DNA of 64,000 bases from Flavobacteriales bacterium (lineage in GTDB: Bacteria > Bacteroidota > Bacteroidia > Flavobacteriales_F > PHOS-HE28), in assembly GCA_013360395.1 (NCBI GenBank), contig JABWBQ010000018.1, forward strand, positions 11,428 to 75,427. The letters are read 5' to 3'. Of this stretch, positions 38,901-47,250 are shown in pieces. Each line of letters begins with the position of its first letter. Position 1 is the stretch's first letter. The notes under the pieces are model-generated. The model saw nothing but the letters and a program-made list of their open reading frames with translations, did no database searches and had not been told where the DNA came from. Both the position numbers and the translations under genes were made by a program.

Positions 38901-39535
38901 CCCACAGCCACGGCCAGCGACCGCGCCAGCGGCCATCCGGCGCCCTGGGCAACGTCCCCGCCCGTCACGGCTCGGAACATCACCGCCCCCTGCCCATCGC
39001 GGATCACCGGGCCCAGGCCGGGGCCCACTTCGGCCCACACGCCGGCCGGTGCGGCCAATGCGGGATGGAAGCCGCGCTCCAGGTAGCGGTTCTCGATCGG
39101 CGGGGCGTACCACACCTGCCGGAGCCCATGCACCTGCAGATCGCCCTGGCGCACCAAGGCATGCAGATAGATGCCGTCGGGCAATCGCATGTGCGCGGCA
39201 TGGCCATGCAGCAGGTCGGTCCTTTCCACCGGAGCGCGGCCGGTCCACCAGACCATCCGGTCGTTGCGCAGGACGTACAGTTCGATGCCCTCCTGTTCCG
39301 CCAGCATCACGAGGGTGCTTCCCTCTCGCGCTGCGACGATCTCCACGGGTTCGCGAGCCGCTTCGGCAGCGAAGCCCTCCACACGGGTCTTCAGTTCGGC
39401 CTCGGCCTGCGCCACCCGCCGTTGAAGTCGTCCTGCCCGGTGCTCCAAGGCACTGTCCTCCGAGGGTCCGGGCACCCACCAGGGGACCAGGCACAGGAAG
39501 AGCCCGGCCACCAGCGGCAGTAGGATCCGGCGCAT
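35930..39535 (-). CDS. Large multi-TM sensor histidine kinase (~1200 aa; HisKA + HATPase_c at C-terminus)
   Basis: H-box HEIKNPL and N/G1/G2 boxes in the C-terminal 250 aa. Many predicted TM segments in the N-terminal two-thirds. Start reset to MRRILLPLVAGLF at 39535. Confidence 0.8.
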   Translation of the reverse strand: MRRILLPLVAGLFLCLVPWWVPGPSEDSALEHRAGRLQRRVAQAEAELKTRVEGFAAEAAREPVEIVAAREGSTLVMLAEQEGIELYVLRNDRMVWWTGRAPVERTDLLHGHAAHMRLPDGIYLHALVRQGDLQVHGLRQVWYAPPIENRYLERGFHPALAAPAGVWAEVGPGLGPVIRDGQGAVMFRAVTGGDVAQGAGWPLARSLAVAVGLVLLILTTWRLAVRVQRDHGPWAGATLFPVVLLVLRWAGISFGNLPDQGLFRVFDPGLYASSAWLPSLGDLLIHAVFLVLVAAYLRIAFREPLPPQGRAGRLGTVLLPLALLLAADMLTNIVQGLVSDSRIELDLRHIEAFDRYSFLALGAVALLFAAWCLLADLWARLVHRQTLAHNTIGLAIAFVLNLALRWPSAPPGLLEAFWSLPLLALALSLRTRRPGFTEAVLALSVIAALCAQVIARAVDAREERTRQAVAERLLTQEDPVVELLFREVAPSLRTDPALYRLLTDTAVCTAADLDRTVRQERFTGYWERYDVRLFAYGTDGRLRCATDAALPTAGTGPLTQGLRVLAAADMPDLHQSTDEAGRTYRHARLAIMPADTLEPAQLVLELHPRLVPEGLGFPELLLAGRDPLDQRVDRYDWGRYEDGQLVEQTGAGPLPVRWDSLRTPQGVRAYGDPVRSLVVLRVPPARWLDRATGFSYLFAFLSLMLGLAIVVRALVRNQGLPGLTIAGKVRLALVGFSLLGLVFFGLGARRLLERSYEERSTAALLEKTRSVHAELQRRLDGAGPLKGSTDAYLDHLLGRLSNVFFTDIHVYRRDGRLLSSSRPQLFNAGLLGRRMDPAAYLKVVLGGANAYVHDESLGRALHRTAYMPLRDDQGVLLGFLGLPSFADQALQDRERASVLVAVVNLFVLFFALSVGVAVFISNWTARPLDRLKESLARVALTGANVPLRYRGEDEVGRLVEVYNRKVEELRASAEKLARSERESAWREMARQVAHEIKNPLTPMKLSIQQFQRSWDPAAPDARERLEKLSAGLVQQIDALNGVATAFGQFAQMPPARPEPLDLREVLRAATAVFQATPGTTITVPEPPELPVMADREHMLRVLNNLLKNAVQAIPDGRPGRIEVVAFRSGDRAVVEVRDNGTGIAEEVRERIFTPSFTTKGSGMGLGLAMVKRMVEQAGGSVSFSTNVDEGTTFSITIPLTR

Positions 39536-39578
39536 GCGCTCCGCAGGGCACAAGGCCCGGGCCAAAGTAAGGTCCGCC

Positions 39579-41438
39579 TCAGCGATCGAGCACCACGCGG
39601 GCCACGCCCAGGCGTTCGCCTTGTGCGCATCGCACCATGTAGGTGCCGTCGGGCAGGTCGCCCAGGTCCACCACCACGTGCGGCGCACCCTGCCCTTGCA
39701 CGGTGCGGACGATGCGGCCCAGCGGGTCCAGCACCTCCACCATGGCGGGGACGTCCGCGTCCACGGTCAGGGCGAAGCGACCATCGGTCGGGTTGGGGAA
39801 GGCCACCGGGGACCGCACCCCGGACCACCACGCCGACCGTACGGGCAGGTCGGTCGTGGCGCCGTCCGTGTCCACCTGGCGCAACCGGTAGTAGTTGGCT
39901 CCCTGGAGTGGCTCGTGGTCCATCCAGGTATAATCCTGGCGTTCCTGGCTGTTGCCCGCACCCGGCACGCTGCCCAGCACATGCCAGGACACCGCGTCCG
40001 AGGACCGCTGGATGTCGAACCGGGCGCTGCCGCGCTCGGTGGCCGTGCTCCACGAAAGGGCGATACCTGCAGGCGCTTCGGTCCGCGCTTCGAAGGTGAT
40101 CAGCTCCACGGGAAGCGGGGTGCTCGTGAGGTTGATCGTCCCCAGGGTGAACCGACGCTGGTCCACAAGTTGGGTCACACCGCTGAAGCGGTAGATACCG
40201 CCACCGATGGATGTGGGCGGACCGATGGGGGTCTCATCGGCGAAAACCCCGTCGTTGTCGGTGTCCACCAACAGGCGGATGTCCGGTCCGGCGATGGGGC
40301 TGAAGCCGTTCAGGTCGAAGTCCATGGTCACGCTGCCCACGTCGATCGGGACCGCCGACGTGTTGCGCTCACTGACCCGCCACACCCGGTGCCACCGGCC
40401 CTGGATCCCTGCGGGCAGGTCCACCGACCCCCAGGTGCCCAGGATGCCGTTATCATGGCCCCACATCATGAACTCGTTGTTGCCCAGGTTGCTCGGTGAG
40501 TGGATGCGGACGATGCTGCTGCCGCGCGCATCGGTGTGTTGGTTGCTCGCATTGATGCGTCCGATCCCGGCCACCTCATGATCGAAGTTCCCCGAGGCCG
40601 CATCGTCCATGCGGTACACCTCTTCGGCCCCGAGCCACAGCCCGTACTTGGCCGAGAGGTAGTTCCCCACGATGATGCGCTGGGCGCTGTTCAGCCGGTT
40701 GTTGTACATGATGAGTTCCGCGATGTCGCCGTCCAGGTTCCACCCCGTGACACCAGCGGCATTACCGATCCGGAGCGGCTGGTTGTTGTGCTGCGGAAGC
40801 TGCAGTATGCTGATATCCGTATAGATGCTCGCGCCATTGCGGTACACGCTGCGCGAGGGGAAGATGCCCAGGTAAAGCGTATTGGAGTACTCCTCCACCG
40901 TGAAGGCCGCGCCTGTGACGTTGGCCACCGTGGCCGGGGCTCCGAACAACCCGAAGATGTCATAGATCGGCATCTGCATGGCGTTGGTGGCGGTGCTCCA
41001 CCACCCGTAGTTGCATGTGGTGTTGGTGCTCTTGGTGAACCATGCGTTGTTATTCTTGGCCGCGTCCACGGCGTTCACCAGGAAAAAATCCCAGGCATTC
41101 AGGTCCAGCGAGGCCGCGTCGTTGATGAGCAGCTCATCATCCACGCCATCGAAATCGATGCTGGGGTAGCCGTTCTGCGAAGCGGCGACCAATGTGGGCC
41201 GTCGTGCGGGGAAGCCGGCCTGGAAGGCCGCATGGTTGTTGTTCCCCGAACGGTCATTCCACGAATCCACGGCCGTGCCGGTGGTGTTCACACCCACATC
41301 AGCGCTCAACCACAGCACGTTGCTGGTCGCCGAACCCACTCCTCCGGGACCGGTCTGCGCACACGCCGGCAACACCGTCAGCACCAGTGCCGAGGTCATT
41401 AAGAAGGTCTTCATGGCGGCTCTTTTGCCGGCGTTCAT
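39579..41438 (-). CDS. Secreted LamG/concanavalin-like protein with T9SS C-terminal sorting domain
   Basis: Signal peptide. C-terminal CTD (…DGTYMVRCAQGERLGVARVVLDR). Alternative start at 41414. Confidence 0.65.
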   Translation of the reverse strand: MNAGKRAAMKTFLMTSALVLTVLPACAQTGPGGVGSATSNVLWLSADVGVNTTGTAVDSWNDRSGNNNHAAFQAGFPARRPTLVAASQNGYPSIDFDGVDDELLINDAASLDLNAWDFFLVNAVDAAKNNNAWFTKSTNTTCNYGWWSTATNAMQMPIYDIFGLFGAPATVANVTGAAFTVEEYSNTLYLGIFPSRSVYRNGASIYTDISILQLPQHNNQPLRIGNAAGVTGWNLDGDIAELIMYNNRLNSAQRIIVGNYLSAKYGLWLGAEEVYRMDDAASGNFDHEVAGIGRINASNQHTDARGSSIVRIHSPSNLGNNEFMMWGHDNGILGTWGSVDLPAGIQGRWHRVWRVSERNTSAVPIDVGSVTMDFDLNGFSPIAGPDIRLLVDTDNDGVFADETPIGPPTSIGGGIYRFSGVTQLVDQRRFTLGTINLTSTPLPVELITFEARTEAPAGIALSWSTATERGSARFDIQRSSDAVSWHVLGSVPGAGNSQERQDYTWMDHEPLQGANYYRLRQVDTDGATTDLPVRSAWWSGVRSPVAFPNPTDGRFALTVDADVPAMVEVLDPLGRIVRTVQGQGAPHVVVDLGDLPDGTYMVRCAQGERLGVARVVLDR

Positions 41439-41615
41439 ACGACGAGCGGGCGTAATTGTTCGACAAAGGTCCGGGGACCCAACAATACGTGTCAAGTATT
41501 TACGACGCCAACTGAAGTCGGGGTCGGTCAGGACGGAACTGTTCCCGGGCCCGGTCCGGAAGTCCCGGGAGCCGCTTCGGTACTTTGCCGTCAACGCCGA
41601 GCCACCCTCATCGCC

Positions 41616-42122
41616 ATGAACAAGCCCCTCCATCAATTCTTCACCGAGGACCATCGGCGGCTGGACGCCCTGCTGGAAGAGGCCACCGTCCGGCCCGATG
41701 CCGTGCAGATGGACCTCTATCACCAGTTCCGCACGGGCCTGCTGAAGCACATCAAGATGGAGGAGAAGATCTTCTTCCCCGCCGCGCAGAAGGCCAACGG
41801 CGGCGAGCCGCTCCCCCTGGCCGCCAAGCTGCGCCTGGACCACGGCGCGCTCACCGCCCTGATGGTGACGCCGCCCACGCCCGAGGTGCTCCGCCTGGTG
41901 CGCCTTGTGCTGGAGCAGCACGATGAGCTGGAGGAAGCCCCCGGTGGTATGTACGATGTCTGCGAAAAACTCACGGAGGCGGAAACGGAGGAACTGCTGG
42001 AGCAGCTGCGCCAGGCCACCGAAGTGCCGGTGCACCCGCACAACGTGTCGGACAAGGCCTTCATTTCCGCCCGGAACGCGTTGATCCGCGCTGGTTTCGA
42101 TCCGGGGGAGCTGGGGAAGTAA
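41616..42122 (+). CDS. Hemerythrin HHE cation-binding domain protein
   Basis: H…HxxxE…H…HxxxxD pattern. Confidence 0.65.
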   Translation: MNKPLHQFFTEDHRRLDALLEEATVRPDAVQMDLYHQFRTGLLKHIKMEEKIFFPAAQKANGGEPLPLAAKLRLDHGALTALMVTPPTPEVLRLVRLVLEQHDELEEAPGGMYDVCEKLTEAETEELLEQLRQATEVPVHPHNVSDKAFISARNALIRAGFDPGELGK

Positions 42123-42242
42123 TGGATCACGGATGGCATCATCGACTCCATCCTCCTCTTTGGACGGATCAACGGCAGGCGCTGGTAACCGATGGATCCC
42201 CGGAAGGAGCTCGCCCTATCTTTGACTACAGCCCACCAAGCG

Positions 42243-42479
42243 ATGACCAAGCTCGACCTGAAACAGGCTGCCATTGCCAAACAAGTGTTCAACACCACGG
42301 ATGAGCAGGTGCTGGACCAGGTGAAGGCCGTGCTGGAATCCCAGAACAATGCTTGGTTCAGCAGCCTGCCTGCCAAGGTGCGCAAGGAGATCGAGACGAG
42401 CCTGGGCCAAGCTGACCGGGGCGAGACCCTGAGCCACAAGGAAGCCATGGCAATGGTGCAGGCATGGCGAAAGCGGTAA
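42243..42479 (+). CDS. Putative antitoxin of RelE/ParE-type pair (78 aa)
   Basis: Small charged helical protein immediately upstream of, and overlapping, a RelE/ParE-family toxin gene. Start at the internal Met (MTKLDL…). Confidence 0.5.
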   Translation: MTKLDLKQAAIAKQVFNTTDEQVLDQVKAVLESQNNAWFSSLPAKVRKEIETSLGQADRGETLSHKEAMAMVQAWRKR

Positions 42480-42781
42480 GGTGGACGCCCCAGGCGATCG
42501 ACAGCTACATCGAAGTGCTCGCCTGGCTGCGCAAGCAATGGACGGCGAAGGAAGAGCAGCATTTCGTGGAGGATGTGGAGCGCACGGTGCGCTACATCGT
42601 GAAATTCCCGCGAGGATTCCGTAGCGCGGGACATGCACGGCTCCGGGAAGCACCGATCAAACCCTACAACCTGCTCTTGTACCGCATTGATCCGGCCGCC
42701 ATCGTCATCATCGGCCTGTTCGATATGCGCCGCCACCCCAAGGCACTTCGTCACCTGAAGCGCGGTTGGCGCGAGAAATGA
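42464..42781 (+). CDS. RelE/ParE-family toxin
   Basis: …YNLLLYRIDPAAIVIIGLFDMRRHP… is the characteristic RelE/ParE C-terminal strand pattern. Confidence 0.7.
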   Translation: MAKAVRWTPQAIDSYIEVLAWLRKQWTAKEEQHFVEDVERTVRYIVKFPRGFRSAGHARLREAPIKPYNLLLYRIDPAAIVIIGLFDMRRHPKALRHLKRGWREK

Positions 42782-42826
42782 AGGTGGTGCGGCCTTTCGG
42801 CCTCACGCGCCCCTTGGGAAATACAC

Positions 42827-43834
42827 ATGGGCCCGACTCCCGCCATCACCATCCTCCTCCCCTTCCGCAACGCGGCGGCCACGTTGGATGCGGCCATTGC
42901 GAGCATGGCGGCACAGACCTTCCAAGATTGGGAGCTGCTGCTGATCGATAACGCCTCCACGGACCCAGGCACCACCATGGCGGGATCTTGGGTGAAGCGC
43001 GATCCACGTATCCGGCTGGTGCAGGAACCACAAGTGGGCATAGCCCATGCGTTGGATCGTGGACTGGAGCAGGCCCAGGGGCGCTACATCGCCCGCATGG
43101 ATGCGGATGACAGCAGCCATCCCGAACGACTGGCCAAGCAGATCGGGTTCCTTGAAGATCATCCCGAGATCGGTGTGCTGGGCACACGCACGGACTTCGC
43201 CACCACGGTGGAGCGCAGCAGCGGGATGCGCTGGTTCGTGCAATGGCAGAACGCGATCATCTCGCCGCAGGAGCACTATGTGAAGCGCTTCGTGGACGCG
43301 CCGCTGGCACATCCCACCGCGATGTTCCGGCGCGAACTGGTGGATCGCCACGGCAACTACAGCACCGCACCGCTGCCGGAGGACCACGAACTGTGGCTGC
43401 GCTGGATGGACGCCGGGGTGCGTTTCGCGAAGCTGCCCGAAGTGCTGCTCACCTGGAACGACCATGCGCATCGCCTCAGCCGCACGCATCCCCACTACAG
43501 CACCGAGGCCTTCTACACGACCAAGATGAAATGGCTGGCCCGGTGGCTGCATCGTCATCTGAACGGCAGGCCGGTGATCATCGCCGGAACAAGCGGCATC
43601 TGCCGGAACAGGGCCGCCCTGCTGGAAGCCGAGGGCATCCCCGTTCAAGCCTTCACGGACGTGCGGCCGCGCGAGGTGCCTGGCTATGCGTTCATCCCGC
43701 ACCACCAGCTTCCGCCCCCGGGCCAAGCGTTCATTGTTTCCATGATCTCCCAGCGCGGCTCCGGCGACCGCATCGCGGATTTCCTGGCTTCAAGGGGTTT
43801 GGAGGAAGGGGGGGATTTTATTCTCGCCGCTTAA
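42827..43834 (+). CDS. Family 2 glycosyltransferase
   Basis: LPFRNAAATL…IDNASTD…DADD motifs. Confidence 0.8.
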   Translation: MGPTPAITILLPFRNAAATLDAAIASMAAQTFQDWELLLIDNASTDPGTTMAGSWVKRDPRIRLVQEPQVGIAHALDRGLEQAQGRYIARMDADDSSHPERLAKQIGFLEDHPEIGVLGTRTDFATTVERSSGMRWFVQWQNAIISPQEHYVKRFVDAPLAHPTAMFRRELVDRHGNYSTAPLPEDHELWLRWMDAGVRFAKLPEVLLTWNDHAHRLSRTHPHYSTEAFYTTKMKWLARWLHRHLNGRPVIIAGTSGICRNRAALLEAEGIPVQAFTDVRPREVPGYAFIPHHQLPPPGQAFIVSMISQRGSGDRIADFLASRGLEEGGDFILAA

Positions 43835-43926
43835 TGATCAGCTCTTTGCGCGGAGTTCTACTACCAACAACTACTGATCGCTTGATAAACTAGTAATTCA
43901 GGCGACTGAAGTCGTGCGGTACTATC

Positions 43927-45324
43927 TTGTCCGTTCGGATGGAATCCATCACAATGCCGGTCAATTCGGCCGCCCTGGCCCACCATTTCCGCAGCGGTGC
44001 CACGCTCCCCCGCCAGGCCCGCCGCGATGCGCTCCGCGCCCTGAAACGCGCCCTGAAGGACAACGAGGAGGCGTTGCTCACCGCCCTGCACGCCGACATG
44101 CGCAAGCCGCGCTTCGAGGCCTACATGGCGGAGATCGGCCAGGTGCACGCGGAACTGGACCATGCCCTGCGGAACCTGGGCGATTGGATGGTACCGCAGG
44201 GGGTGCCCGATAACCTTTCGCTGTGGCCGGCCACGGGCGCGGTGCATCCCCGACCCGTGGGCGTGGTGCTCCTCATCGCCCCGTGGAACTACCCGGCCGT
44301 GCTGGCCTTGAGCCCGCTGATAGCCGCCGTGGCCGCCGGCAATTGCGCCGTGCTGAAGCCCAGCGAGGAAGCGCCGCGAACCGCACAGGTGCTGGAACGG
44401 ATCATCGCCCAGGCGTTCGCCAAGGAGCATGTGATGGTGGTTCAAGGGATCGGCAGTGAAGTGGTGCCGCCGTTGATCGACGGTTTCCGTTTCGACCACA
44501 TCTTCTTCACCGGCTCCGTGCCCGTGGGCCGTAGCATCCTGGCACAGGCCGCCAGGCAATTGGTGCCCGCCACCTTGGAGCTGGGCGGCAAGAGCCCCGC
44601 CATCGTGGACCGCCGCGTGGACCTGAAGCGCGCCGTGCGACGCATCGCCTGGAGCAAGTTCTTCAACGCCGGACAGACCTGCATCGCCACGGACTACGCG
44701 CTGGTACACACCGAGGTGATGGGACCGTTCATGGAGGCCATGGCCAAACAGATCGAAGCGTTCTACGGCACGGAGCCGCAGCGCTCACCGGACTTTGCGC
44801 GGCTGGTGAACGACAAACATTTCAACCGGGTGAAGCGCTTCCTCTCCGATGGCACGGTGCGCATGGGCGGGCAGCACGAGGCCGCCGAACGCTACATCGC
44901 GCCCACGGCGCTCACCGACGTGTCCTTGGACAGCCCCGTGATGCGCGAGGAGATCTTCGGACCCGTGCTGCCGGTGATCCCGTGGAACACCGTGGACGAA
45001 GCCGAAGCCATCATCCGCCGCAACCCCACGCCGCTGGCCCTGTACGTGTTCAGCAAGGACCGCCGGGTGCAGCGCCATTTCACGGAGCGGATCGCGTTCG
45101 GCGGTGGCTGTATCAACCATTGCATGCTGCACTTCGGCGATGTGCACCTGCCCTTCGGCGGCGTGGGCACCAGCGGCATGGGGCGCTACCACGGCAAGGC
45201 CGGCTTCGACCTGTTCTCACACCAGCAGAGCATCGTGAAGGCCGGCATGTTCCCGGAGCCCGGCGTTCAATTCCCGCCCTACGCGGGTTGGAAGGAGAAG
45301 CTGCTGCGGCGGGTGCTGGGCTGA
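43927..45324 (+). CDS. NAD(P)+-dependent aldehyde dehydrogenase
   Basis: ALDH catalytic Cys (GQTCIA) and Glu (ELGGKSP) motifs. Confidence 0.85.
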   Translation: MSVRMESITMPVNSAALAHHFRSGATLPRQARRDALRALKRALKDNEEALLTALHADMRKPRFEAYMAEIGQVHAELDHALRNLGDWMVPQGVPDNLSLWPATGAVHPRPVGVVLLIAPWNYPAVLALSPLIAAVAAGNCAVLKPSEEAPRTAQVLERIIAQAFAKEHVMVVQGIGSEVVPPLIDGFRFDHIFFTGSVPVGRSILAQAARQLVPATLELGGKSPAIVDRRVDLKRAVRRIAWSKFFNAGQTCIATDYALVHTEVMGPFMEAMAKQIEAFYGTEPQRSPDFARLVNDKHFNRVKRFLSDGTVRMGGQHEAAERYIAPTALTDVSLDSPVMREEIFGPVLPVIPWNTVDEAEAIIRRNPTPLALYVFSKDRRVQRHFTERIAFGGGCINHCMLHFGDVHLPFGGVGTSGMGRYHGKAGFDLFSHQQSIVKAGMFPEPGVQFPPYAGWKEKLLRRVLG

Positions 45325-45326
45325 GG

Positions 45327-45563
45327 TCAGGCCCCCAACACCTGTTCCGCGCGGCGTGGTCGCAGGCGGTCGCGGACGGTGCGCAGGTGCGCCTGGTCGC
45401 ATTCCAAGGTGGCCGTGGCCCGCAAGGAATGTCGGGTGACCCAGTGCCGGTGGCCCGTGATGCCTTGGTGGGCGCAGAACTCGTCCACGTGTTCCAGAAA
45501 GCGGTCCGCCGTGGCGCCCGCATCGGGGCCGAAGAAATCCCAGTGGAAACGCAGCAGCGGCAT
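45327..45563 (-). CDS. Hypothetical small protein; may be spurious
   Basis: Fills the gap between the convergent ALDH gene and the divergent LysE gene. No family recognised. Confidence 0.25.
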   Translation of the reverse strand: MPLLRFHWDFFGPDAGATADRFLEHVDEFCAHQGITGHRHWVTRHSLRATATLECDQAHLRTVRDRLRPRRAEQVLGA

Positions 45564-45600
45564 TGCGATCGGACGGCTACTTTGCGCAAAGGTGGGCACG

Positions 45601-46221
45601 TTGCTCTATTTCCTGCTGGCCGCCGTGGCCAGTTTCATCGGTTCGCTGCAGGCGGGCGTGGTGAACACGGCCGTGCTGGCGCACACGGTGAAGTGGGGCC
45701 GTACTGCGGGGCGCAGGATGGCCGTGGGCGGTTCGATCCCCGAGTTGCTTTACGCCGCGGTCGCCTTCTGGGGTGCGGGCCGGCTGGTGGTGTTGCTGGA
45801 CATGGGTGCCCGCGGTATCACCACGGTGGTGGCCTCGATCCTGCTCGCGTTGGGGTTGTATTTCGTGTTCTTCTTCCGGCCGCGGCCGGCAGCGCCCGGA
45901 GAGGACAAGCTGGCGGGCGACCTGTGGCGGGGGGTGCTGCTGGGCCTGGCCAACCCGCAACTGTTGTTGTTCTGGTGCGGGGTCAAGCTGCTGTTCGTGT
46001 CGTTGGGCCTGACGGGCGAAGGGGTGGCGCAGCTGGTGGCCTTCGCCCTGGGGGCCTTCGCCGGGGCGCTGGTGCTGCTGCTGGTGCTCGTGCGGCTCGG
46101 CGTCCGGGCGCAGGAGCGCCTGTCCCCGGCCGGGTTGCGGCGTCTATTCCGCGCGGTGGGACTGCTGTTGCTGGCCAGCGGGTGTTACGGGCTGCTGCGC
46201 GCCCAAGGCTGGGTGCCCTGA
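45601..46221 (+). CDS. LysE/RhtB-family amino-acid exporter
   Basis: 6-TM small translocator with LysE-type motifs. GTG start at 45601 chosen to avoid overlap with the opposite-strand ORF. Confidence 0.65.
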   Translation: MLYFLLAAVASFIGSLQAGVVNTAVLAHTVKWGRTAGRRMAVGGSIPELLYAAVAFWGAGRLVVLLDMGARGITTVVASILLALGLYFVFFFRPRPAAPGEDKLAGDLWRGVLLGLANPQLLLFWCGVKLLFVSLGLTGEGVAQLVAFALGAFAGALVLLLVLVRLGVRAQERLSPAGLRRLFRAVGLLLLASGCYGLLRAQGWVP

Positions 46222-46225
46222 GGGC

Positions 46226-47221
46226 TCAGGCCAGGCGTTCGCTCAACAGGCGCATCTCCATCAGGGGCGCCATGCGCTCGTAGAGCATGCGGTAGGTCGC
46301 CTCGGTGATGGGCATGTCCACCTTGAGCCGCGCGTTGATCTCGTGCACGCATTTGACGGCGTGGTACCCTTCGGCCACCATGTTCATCTCCAGCTGGGCC
46401 GCACGCACGCTGTAGCCCTTGCCGATCATGGTGCCGAACTCGCGGTTGCGGCTGAAGGTGGAATAGGCCGTCACCAGCAGGTCGCCCAGGTAAGCGGGCT
46501 CGTTGATGTCGCGGGCGATGGGATGCACCGCCGCCACGAACCGGGCGATCTCCTGGATGGCCCGGCTCACCAGCACCGCACGGAAGTTGTCGCCATAGCC
46601 CAGGCCCACGCTGACCCCGGCGCACACGGCGATCACGTTCTTCAGGATGGCCGCGTACTCCGTGCCATAGATGTCGTCGCTCAGCGAGGTCTTCAAGAAG
46701 CGTCCGTCAAGCGCGGTGCCCATGGCCTGTGCCTTGGCGGGGTCCTGACAGGCGATGGTGAGGTAGCTGAGACGCTCCAGGGCCACCTCCTCGGCGTGGC
46801 AGGGTCCGCAGATGACCCCGAAATCGCGTTCGGCCACGCCCCGGTGCTGGAAGAGGTATTCACCCACGATCTGGTTGGTCTCCGGCACGATGCCCTTCAC
46901 CGCGCTGAAGAGGGTGCGGCCCTGCAGCTCGGCGGGTCCCAGCCGGTCGAGCACCCCCTTGAGGAAGGCGCTGGGCACGGCGACCACGAGCACATCGGCC
47001 TGGCGCACCACGGCGTGCAGGTCGCTGTCCATGGCCAGACGGCCCACGTCGAGCTGCGCGGCGCTGATGTATTCGGGGTTGTGGCCGTAGTTGGTGATGT
47101 GGGCGATGGTCTCCGGCCGCCGCACCCACCAGCCCACACGTTCGGCGTTGGTGGAGAGCAGCTTCACCAGGGCGGTGCCCCAGCTGCCGGCGCCGATGAC
47201 GGCGATGCGCGGTGCGCTCAT
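46226..47221 (-). CDS. gpsA: NAD(P)H-dependent glycerol-3-phosphate dehydrogenase
   Basis: N-terminal GAGSWGTA Rossmann motif and GpsA C-terminal domain. Confidence 0.9.
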   Translation of the reverse strand: MSAPRIAVIGAGSWGTALVKLLSTNAERVGWWVRRPETIAHITNYGHNPEYISAAQLDVGRLAMDSDLHAVVRQADVLVVAVPSAFLKGVLDRLGPAELQGRTLFSAVKGIVPETNQIVGEYLFQHRGVAERDFGVICGPCHAEEVALERLSYLTIACQDPAKAQAMGTALDGRFLKTSLSDDIYGTEYAAILKNVIAVCAGVSVGLGYGDNFRAVLVSRAIQEIARFVAAVHPIARDINEPAYLGDLLVTAYSTFSRNREFGTMIGKGYSVRAAQLEMNMVAEGYHAVKCVHEINARLKVDMPITEATYRMLYERMAPLMEMRLLSERLA

Positions 47222-47250
47222 CGGGGGCGAAGGTCGCGGATCCTTCCGGC

